Below are positions 46,526 through 64,000 of a stretch of 64,000 nt of DNA, one piece after another. Position numbers and translations under genes: made by a program. The notes beneath the pieces are model-generated. The model did no database searches. It was given only the letters and a program-made list of their open reading frames with translations, and was not told the origin of the DNA. Position 1 is the first letter of the stretch, and every line of letters begins with the position of its first letter. This DNA is from Macrostomum lignano (taxonomy: Eukaryota): NCBI GenBank assembly GCA_002269645.1, contig NIVC01001865.1, forward strand, positions 1 through 64,000, read 5' to 3'.

Positions 46526-47023
46526 TCAGCGTGCACCTGACCACTTGGCGTAACAGGTGGTTGTCCGCCACTCCAGCGCGGACCTGTACTGGCCGGTGCT
46601 GTTGACCAGCCTGGTGACCACCACCAGCTCGTCTCTGGTTTTGCACTTTACCGACGCGGACGCGACAGTTGAGATGCACTTGCCGATGCCGGGGGCAGGC
46701 AGCGGCAGCGGCAAGTCGCTGGCATTCAGGGCCAGTTCGGGGTCGGCCTCCGGCTGGCAGAGGCTGATGAAGCGGCCGGCGTTATGGCCGCTGCCGGGCC
46801 CGTGCGGGTGCACCAGGCTGTCGGCAAAGAGCAGCTGAGCGAGCTGGGCCTGGAACCGGCAGTAGGTCTGGCGCTGAGGCCTGTGCAGGTAGACTGGAAG
46901 CGAGCCGGGTTCGTCGCCGATTATTGTTGATGATGTTGGCAGATGCAGCGCGGCAGCCTCAGTCAGCGCCAGCAGCAGGGCGAAGACTCCAACAATTGAT
47001 GCGGATGTCTTAGCGGGTAGCAT
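46526..47023 (-). CDS. Single-exon secreted 5-Cys protein, 165 aa (candidate divergent cystine-knot growth factor)
   Basis: ATG at 47023. Hydrophobic signal peptide (IVGVFALLLALTEAAA); GC-rich gene-like sequence against AT-rich flanks; Cys at 55/89/116/127/157; two N-glycosylation sequons; minus-strand AATAAA ~190 nt past the stop. Family assignment is tentative. Confidence 0.72.
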   Translation of the reverse strand: MLPAKTSASIVGVFALLLALTEAAALHLPTSSTIIGDEPGSLPVYLHRPQRQTYCRFQAQLAQLLFADSLVHPHGPGSGHNAGRFISLCQPEADPELALNASDLPLPLPAPGIGKCISTVASASVKCKTRDELVVVTRLVNSTGQYRSALEWRTTTCYAKWSGAR

Positions 47024-47689
47024 TTTGTTCCTTATAGTGCAGCTTTTAGTTAGCTGAGTTTGCAACTTCGAGTATTGAACTGCAGATTCCTGAGCCGGGC
47101 CAAGTCTGCTTGTATTTATCCGCTTCGGTGCCGTGGCTTGCCCGCGGGATTCACAGTGAATTGGTTTGTTTTGTCACGTGGCTGCGGGCATGGGCACGTG
47201 TAATTGGCTGTGTTGGCTGGAGTAGCACCAGCGCAACATCCTTGGCAACTTGGGCAGGTGCACGCGTGGCTTTTTTGGTACAAGTTTTTTTACTGGTCGC
47301 AAGACTTACTGCAGCCGAATTACTCATTCGGTTGGATACAGATAAAAAGACTGCCGGCAGGTTTACAATAAATATCGGGACGCGGAATTCCGGCCATTCT
47401 GGGGGTTGGCCCCGGGCTAAAAAAAGCCTGCAGGCTGCGGAATGCGGCAGAAGTTGCGCGCGAGGCTGCCCAAAAAAGATTAAACCGCGTCCAGATTAAA
47501 ATCGGACTTATTCAGCCAAATATAGACTGGCGGAGTGGAGAGTGATGACACTGACCAGGATTGTGATGCAACCGACACCCGCATTGTGGCAAACAGAGTG
47601 TTTAGAGGTCGGCGCCTCGGATTCTTGCTCAAGTTCTGCCTGTACAGTACTTTGGTTATCAAACCCGAGGATCGAAGCTTCTGTCAGAT

Positions 47690-47717
47690 AGTCAGACAGG
47701 AAGGCAGCCAGGAAGGC

Positions 47718-47758
<41 letters not shown>

Positions 47759-47789
47759 GGCTGGCAGGCAGGCAGGCAGGCAGACAGGC

Positions 47790-47854
<65 letters not shown>

Positions 47855-47940
47855 GGCTGGCAGGCAGGCAGGCAGGCAGACAGACAGACAGACAGGCAGC
47901 CAGGCAGGCAGACAGACGGCAGGCAGACAGACGGACAGAC
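47690..47940. repeat. (GACA/GGCA)n microsatellite
   Basis: Directly visible. Confidence 0.96.
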
Positions 47941-48651
47941 AGGGTCCCTGGGTCCTTTATCGCCAAGATGCCATTCTCAACGCTTTGACATATCAATCAT
48001 AACAAGACTGACAAAACTGCGCAGACAGACCGCGAGACCATCATCCCCTCTTCTGAAACTGGATTGAATTCCATCAGGCGTGCAGGGCTTCAAGCCAGAC
48101 TGCACGTGCCGCGTGCAAGGCACAAGTACGCTAACTTGCTCAATAAACTTTTTTTCTGAATTGGAGCCAAATTTAGAAAATTTCTGATAAGAGAGCGCCC
48201 GCATACTTTCGAATTTCAGGTTTAAGGGCGCTGAGATTCAATCGATATAGGTACCAGGGGTACTTTAATTGCGAGTATATAGGCAAAGTATTGAGATTTG
48301 GACCCATCAAAGTCATCACAGACACACCTCCGCATGTATAAGTGTAGTTCCATTTTTTGTCTCATTTTTGCTTAATGCAATTCGTCTATAAATGTACATA
48401 ACATTCTTGGTATTGCATGCACTTAGAATTGGCCCGCATTGCTGCGGTCACATGACTTGAATGCAGGCCAGAATGCAATTTTTGCTTTCGTTTCTTTGGT
48501 TAGCAAAGCGCTAAATTTAAATGCAGGCTTTCTGCAGGCGCAGCTCTTTATAAAGACTCCTAAAGCTGCTCCAGCGAATCCACAAAATCCGAGCTGTCAC
48601 TCGTGTGCTCCTGGGCATCGAAAGTTACCGCCTTGTCGAGTAAAAAGCGAT

Positions 48652-49226
48652 GTGGGAGGCTGGCCCAGCAGCTGAAGATCTGGGAGGCTGGCCCAGCAAC
48701 TGAGGATCTGGGAGGCTGGCTCAGCAACTGAGGATCTGGGAGGCTGGCCCAGCAACTGAGGATCTGGGAGGCTGGCCCAGCAACTGATGATCTGGGAGGC
48801 TGGCCCAGCAACTGAGGATCTGGGAGGCTGGCCCAGCAACTGAGGATCTGGGAGGCTGGCCCAGCAACTGAGGATCTGGGAGGCTGGCCCAGCAACTGAT
48901 GATCTGGGAGGCTGGCCGAGCAACTGAGGATCTGGGAGGCTGGCCCAGCAACTGAGGATCTGGGAGGCTGGCCCAGCAACTGAGGATCTGGGAGGCTGGC
49001 CCAGCAACTGAGGATCTGGGAGGCTGGCCCAGCAACTGAGGATCTGGGAGGCTGGCCCAGCAACTGAGGATCTGGGAGGCTGGGCCAGCAACTGAGGATC
49101 TGGGAGGCTGGCCCAGCAACTGAGGATCTGGGAGGCTGGCCCAGCAACTGAGGATCTGGGAGGCTGGCCCAGCAGCTGAAGATCTGGGAGGCTGGCCCAG
49201 CAGCTGAGGATCTGGGAGGCTGGCCC
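48652..49226. repeat. 28-bp minisatellite (AGGCTGGCCCAGCAACTGAGGATCTGGG), ~20 units
   Basis: Period 28 (48961, 48989); contains the palindrome GCTGG-C-CCAGC. Confidence 0.96.
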
Positions 49227-49619
49227 AATAACATCATTCAATAAAAGCAACTGCCAGACTGAATAGCCGTATGCACACCTACGAGTATTGCACTGCTGGA
49301 AATAAAAATCAACTGCAACGAAGCTCTTTCTATTGATTTGGTTAAGATCTGAATAAAGTGTTGCAGCAAAACAGCAGACGAAGCTCGCAAAAGCAGAGAA
49401 TACAACAAAAAACACACGCGCAGAATGAAATGCAAGCAATGCATAAGAAAGCAAAATATGACATAAGGAATCTGCAATTACAATTATAAGGACTTCTGCA
49501 TGGTACAAGAAAAGCTGACGGGATGAAACCAACTGTACAAATTTGTACAAGTCGAGCTGTACAAGACTAAACTGACGCCGCTGGTGATCGCTACTGAGCC
49601 GGCTGGATTGAGATTAACG

Positions 49620-49965
49620 CATCTAGCGGGGAAACTTCTAGATAGTGGGGAATCTAGCAGGGAATCTTCCTATTTGGGGAATATCTAGCGGGGAATCTTC
49701 TCATTGGGGGAATATCTAGCGGGGAATCTTCTCATAGTGGGGAATATCTAGCGGGGAATCTTCTCATAGTGGGGAATATCTAGCGGGGAATCTTCTCATT
49801 GGGGGAATATCTAGCGGGGAATCTTCTCATAGTGGGGAATATCTAGCGGGGAATCTTTTTATTTGGGTTAACATCTAGCAGGATTCTCATAGTGGGGAAT
49901 ATTTAGCGGGGAAACTTCTCATGGTGCGGAGTGTCTAGTGGGGAATCTTCAACCTAGGAGAATAT
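49620..49965. repeat. ~32-bp minisatellite (GGGGAATATCTAGCGGGGAATCTTCTCATAGT)
   Basis: About 10 units, degenerate at the ends. Confidence 0.9.
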
Positions 49966-51000
49966 CTAAAAAGGACTTGGAATCCAAGACTCAGCATTTA
50001 CCACAAAGAGGCGCATCACTGCAGCTGACAGACGAGCAATAAACAGTCTGATTAAATCAGAAAAAAGAATCATAGACATACTGCTAAACTTGAGAGATTC
50101 CAATAGACATACTACTGACAAGTAGCTAAAATGAAACAATAAATTTTAGCGCCAGTTCTGCACAATTGAGATAGATGAGGCTTCATGTAGCGAATAAAAG
50201 AATTTAGTTTTTAGCCGCTTTTCCAAGCAAACTAAAAAGCGAAAGTAAATGATGGAATGAACGCGCAAGCTAACAGCTCAAAAGCTTAGCAAGGCTGTGA
50301 CGCGGCGATAGGCAGACAGATTGCAATGATTGACAATCGCAAGATAAATTCATTATTGCTAAAATATTACAATCAGGGGTACGCGAAAATGCTAGGAAAA
50401 AATAAGCGGATTGGTATTGCAATTGTTTCTATTAAAAATTATTAAATAATGCCAGGACATTGTGTACTTTTGATTTAGAAACGCTGGGTAACTTCTTGTT
50501 GTGCACCTTCTCAAACAATAATCCAGTTGCCAGCCATCCGGACCGTCAAAATATTCAACGATTCTGCCAGAACCTTTAACAGGTAGCTCAAGGTAACTAT
50601 GAATAAACCCCGTTGCGAATTTTTTTGAGCTCTGACTCTTGCCTGTCTACTGTAATTAGTAGTAAAAGTAACATGCATGATCGGCCGTTTGGCGAGGGGC
50701 CCAGCCAAGGTAAGACACGAGACGTACATATGGCCAAGAAAATACATACGTAGCACTAATTAGATGACGAGGCATTTAGCCTAAATAATACAATCATAGT
50801 TACTCCTGCCGTTTACCCTAATTTACGTAAATTTTGCTTTGGTCTCTTTCATAGGTAAGTCGCATTTTTAGTAAAAAAGTAATTCGCAAGGACCATGCAA
50901 ATCAGGGGTGGGGGGGGCTGCGCATGTATGAAAAGTAAACACAAGGCAAAGCGTTCACTGTTTTTAATACGAGCTGTTTCGGCAGGGTGCACAGGCGGTC

Positions 51001-59260
<8,260 letters not shown>

Positions 59261-62200
59261 TATGCTGTTTGATGCCAAACTGCCAGAGATGTGGAACTGC
59301 AGACTCCTGAAATTAATTACAAATAGATTTTGATATAAAACAAGAAACTAATTTAGAAATAAAAAATACTGTTGACTAAATTGGTATAAAATTAACAATA
59401 AAACTCAATTAATATGCCTCACTGCCATTCAAGATAATGATTGATATGTTTTTAGTAACAAAAAACCTTTATATAGAGTATTAAGGGTGTATATCAATAT
59501 TAAAACATTTTATAACAATGAACAAAAGTTCTGTAACCTTATATTAGCTTTCAATTAATTACAATTAGACATTTATTATATCATTAACCATTATTAATTG
59601 TTAGCCATGAGGTAGACTTGAACTATCAATTATTATTATAGGCTAGATCCTAAGCCTATAATGTCCTAATAGTGCAGCTATTCTACCTAATAGTTAAAAG
59701 GTAAACTAATGAGGTAAAGCACTTCTCAAGGTAGATTTGATATTAGAGGAAATTAGTAGGAATTCAAAGTGTCACTAGTACTATGCCAGCTATGAAATTC
59801 CATTTTCATGTATATCTAGGTGCCTTTATATAGATGTTTGTATATATAGTATAGTTAGGCCTATGCTATTTAGAACAAATAAAAATGTAGATTATAAAAC
59901 AGTGATTGATAAATATGTAGTTAGAAAATGCATTGTATGCTTGGTAGTTGTCAATAAAAATGTCTATCCTAGGTAACACAATGGCTACAATTTGGTAAGA
60001 AGTACTATAGTTTTAGGTACTTGTATTATCTAGCTATGCTGCATTAAAAATGAAGAACAACTAGTAAAAAAATAATTAAAAATAGAAAATGAGGGCATTG
60101 CCAATGTATAAAAACATTTTTAAATATCAAATATTTTTTATTATTTTTTGCGTATAAAAATAACCACCATTAGATCCTAGGTCTAGACTAACTAGTTGAC
60201 TTTTAGTGGGTCTTTAGTTAATATTAATTAATGCACAATGCACAATAAAATATTTATATATATATAAGACGGACAGAGTTTTGATTTTTATATGTAGAGA
60301 TGCAGATGCCTATTATTGGCATGGCGCCAGTGTAAGTCAAAAGTAAACCTAATCAACTCAACTCAAATTTAGGGCCTAGTGTATAACAAATGACTGAAAT
60401 GTAAGTAATCTAGGCGACTAGGCTTCACTTGAAAAGGTTTAAGAAATTTATGGCCCCTGTAAGTTGTAATTGTAACCTGTTTCCCTTCCCTAACTAGGGC
60501 TATTTATAAAACTAGGCAGAATTGTATAGATATAGGCCCCTACTATATACATATACATTTTAATTAAACCATTTAGATTATAGTTAAGTTTTTAACAATC
60601 TAACATGCTATTTGCCTCCCAAAATAGAGAAAATAAAATACAATGTAATGCACCAAGTGCCACCAACTAAAAAATGCTGTTGAATGAGATTTTCTAATAT
60701 TTGTCCATACTGTCTTTGGCTTTGAGGATAATGTCAATTATGTGTCTAAACATGAGCATGAGAAATTTTGCCAGTATATGCATATAACCTAGGCCTAGCA
60801 AATTTCAATAAAAATGATTGACTGAATCTGAATAAAACTTATGGTATTAAAGTCATTTTTTTAATCTAATAGTAAAGCAAAAATCTAATTTACTTAGTTT
60901 ATTAGGCCTACTCTACATTCTTGCAGTTTTATGAGTCAAAAATGACAAAAACCGATATCGTGTAATGTCACATGTTCATGGCAGCATGATCCACGACGGA
61001 GTTCTCTTTTTAATTTGTTGTTTCGTTTTTTCGTGTTTCTAATAATCACAATATTATAACAAATTTTCCATCTGGGAGAATATTCATTTTCGGCAAGACG
61101 GCAACATTTGCAACTATACGGTTTTCTATATAGATTAAAGTAAGAACTATTTTGTGTGAAACTGTGATTTTTTAGCTACCTTAGGATAAAATCAATAAGG
61201 AATTCCCTCGCTAAAGCTAAGCTAAAGAGAAGGAAAATGAATATAATTTAATTTACTTTTAAATGCTTACTTGTGCTGAATAAATGATGTTTACTCGATG
61301 GCTGTAGAAAAATATGTATCTGACATGTATGCAAGCCCTCAATGTAATTAATTTTAAACTTTCAAGAGAGCAATCATGAATTTAAAATTTATATAAAAAG
61401 CTCGTATGATCAAAAGAAAAAGCGTACATGTACATATATGCACAGGAGTGACCACGGAACCTAGTCGATCAACAAAGTTTAGTTTAGATCGACTGATTTT
61501 ATAATGGTTGCATGGTTAGGGTAATTGAAAACACAATAGTAGAAATTCTCGCTTTTGAATTTTCTCGACTTGTTCGGCTCAAGGACCACTAGTAGATAGT
61601 AGTCCGTGGTTCGGCTCAGATCGCCACCCCTGCTTGGGTGAGCATAAAGACCTTCTCCTTAACAGCAACGTAGTAGTGTTTAGTATCTCAGATTTTCCAT
61701 CTCTGAGAAAGGTGGGTCCGCTGAGGAATCCCCCCAGGCATGGGACCGGAATATATGAAACAATTGGAAATGTCGAGTTCCCTCCTACAGCTTACCAATC
61801 CCATTTAAGTGGGAAGCTTTCAATCGGGCTAGGAGAATGGCGAAACCCTAATTAAATTAATAAGTAGTGCGGTTCTTTCTTAGACTTATTATAATTCTAG
61901 CTCACGCGGTGCCATATCCCTCCCTTCCAGTCCCCTGGCCCTGATCCCCTCCGGCCTTCTCTTCCATTCCCGAGATGGCCGATATGAAGATGAAGTGAGC
62001 ACGGGCCCGAGCCTTAGCAACAAAGATCTTTACCTTGAGCTATATCGGACAAGGGGGGCCAGGTGTGGACAGAGATATAGTGGACAAGAGCTAAAAATTT
62101 GATCTCGCAAAGTCCGGTCCTGACCGCAGCCCCACCCACCTGCCTATTTGGCGAATAATTCACACACCAAACACACACTTTCCCACTCGGCTAAAGCTTC

Positions 62201-62619
62201 ATTTTAGAACACGTGCGGAGTAGGAAATGCATAATAGACGTGCCGTATAATGTGTATTATATTATAAAGTATGGAAGGCGAGAGAGTGGACTGCAAACAC
62301 CGGTGTGTTGGTGTGTACGCGGTTGGAATTTCGTTTTAGTCTGCGACGCATGTTACATGTATAACAACTACTCTTATTTGTTTGAATGCTTGCATGATGG
62401 CCAACTTTTGCATTTTGGTTACAGCCATAAGGATTTTGCATTTATATGGAAACAATCTCAGGATAGTACACGTAACCAGGATTTTTTACTGATTGCTGCC
62501 TTTTGGGAGGGGCCAAGGGCGCCATGCAGCGTGGGTTGCCAGCGAGGGGCGTCAGTACCAGAGGCGCCATTTAGAGGGCACCACCACCAAGGGACAGCAG
62601 GGTTGCCAACACCACAGCA

Positions 62620-62932
62620 ACAGGGGCTTTAGCAGCAGGGGCTTTAGCAGCAGGGGCTTTAGCAGCAGGGACTTTAGCAGCAGGGGCTTTAGCAGCAGGG
62701 GCTTTAGCAGCAGGGGCTTTAGCAGCAGGGGCTTTGGCAGCAGGGGCTTTAGCAGCAGGGGCGCCAGCACAAGGGGCGCCAGCACCAGGGGCGCCAGCTC
62801 AAGGGGCGCCAGCACCAGGGGCGCCAGCTCAAGGGGCGCCAGCACCAGGGGCGCCAGCACCAGGGGCGCCAGCACCAGGGGCGCCAGCTCAAGGGGCGCC
62901 AGCACCAGGGGCGCCAGCACAAGGGGCGCCAG
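62620..62932. repeat. 15-bp two-phase minisatellite (AGCAGGGGCTTTAGC switching to ACCAGGGGCGCCAGC)
   Basis: The unit changes at ~62757. Confidence 0.93.
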
Positions 62933-64000
62933 TAGTCTCTTAGAAGTCTTCCTCTCCATCAATTAGACCGCCCAAGCTTAGTTGGTCATTGTGAAGCACT
63001 TAAAGGGTCAAACGATGATGCCATATTTTCAATCGATTTCTAAGGTAGATGGACAATAAAAAAGCAGTCACAACTCCAACAACCACTATAGTAACAGTAT
63101 TAGATGGCCAAAACTGATAACGGATGCCCCATTTTTAATGGCAAAAAGCACTGATGGCCCTGATGGAGATGAGCATTGCGTTCATAAATCATCTGGATGA
63201 ACTACGGTTGCATCCTATACTATTTACAGTTATATACAATACACACTGGTGTGCATCCATTGGACACATTTTCAGTGTTGTCTCTTCCTCAGAGTGTAGA
63301 ATTTATTACACTGATTGAGCCCAGCACTGTTGAATTACGGCGAGCAATAAAAATGGACGCCCTGGTTGAGTGTGAGGGGCGATCCGTACCTTGAAACGTG
63401 TGGAAATTTTGTACCTCAGAGACACTACCTCGCTTTAATTAGGTCCATTTACCAGTTAGAATAAGAGTATCTATGTACGAGACAGTCATCCTTGACTGGC
63501 TCTTATTGCGCAACAGTCTATTATGCGCCACAGAAACTAACACACGGTGCTTGACCCAGGTAATCCGAGCCAACCAGTACTTGCTAAACTCTCTTTATAG
63601 GACACCCGAGCCTACAAAGAGGACTATTTAAACTGAAAGAGTAACTATGCAGATTTCCAATCTGCGTGGAACCTTTCTTTTGTTGCCATGCAAACCAAAC
63701 TTAGGAGTGTTCGAAGTCAGTGAGCGTGTCGGCGACAATAATCCGCGGAACTTGAAAATCTCGCATTCGGGATTGCCTAGCATGTAGCGCTGCGCAAACT
63801 AAATCTGCGCGAGCGATTGCTTTGATAAAATTCAACTAATTTGCATATGTTAATTAGGAGCTTGGACAAAAGCGTCGTGTGGGCTTGTCGACAGGCGTGA
63901 ATGGAAAGTCTCGAAAATCTCATGACTTTGCCTTTGTGGTCATGGCAACCGGGAGTCAATTCGAAAAACTAACCATACTGACCACCGATTCTTCGCGAAT

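Noticed and set aside
47480-48204. Possible extra exons flanking the (GACA)n tract (hydrophobic C-terminus on the minus strand, acidic ORF on the plus strand)
   Set aside because: I could not build a consistent phase or identify a domain on either strand; RNA data are needed.
62493-62966. Mucin/collagen-like ORFs (RGFSS, GAPAP)
   Set aside because: A 15-bp array with no signal peptide, no unique domain and no convincing splice context.

Overview
Eukaryotic (invertebrate) genomic DNA with GT-AG spliceosomal introns and dense simple repeats. A free-living flatworm such as Macrostomum is my best guess from gene content and repeat style; this is inference, not proven. I reconstructed these genes by hand with splice phases checked: a Na+/K+-ATPase beta subunit (+, 3 exons, 1-nt frameshift in exon 2) preceded by a decayed paralogous fragment; a two-pore-domain K+ channel (+, 2 exons); an intronless class A GPCR (-); a polypeptide GalNAc-transferase (+, 5 exons, 606 aa); a 165-aa secreted 5-Cys protein with neurotrophin/Spaetzle-like Cys spacing (-); and a complete Venus kinase receptor (-, 7 exons, 1117 aa). 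Other features: one tRNA-Ala(UGC), a dead RNase H-bearing non-LTR retrotransposon, three copies of a CORE-type SINE, a second tRNA-headed SINE, a ~3.9 kb non-autonomous Helitron carrying two satellite arrays and joined head-to-tail to a second copy, and about 25 micro/minisatellite arrays. 12 of the 13 introns hold their own tandem array. Most long ORFs in the supplied track are artefacts of these arrays.
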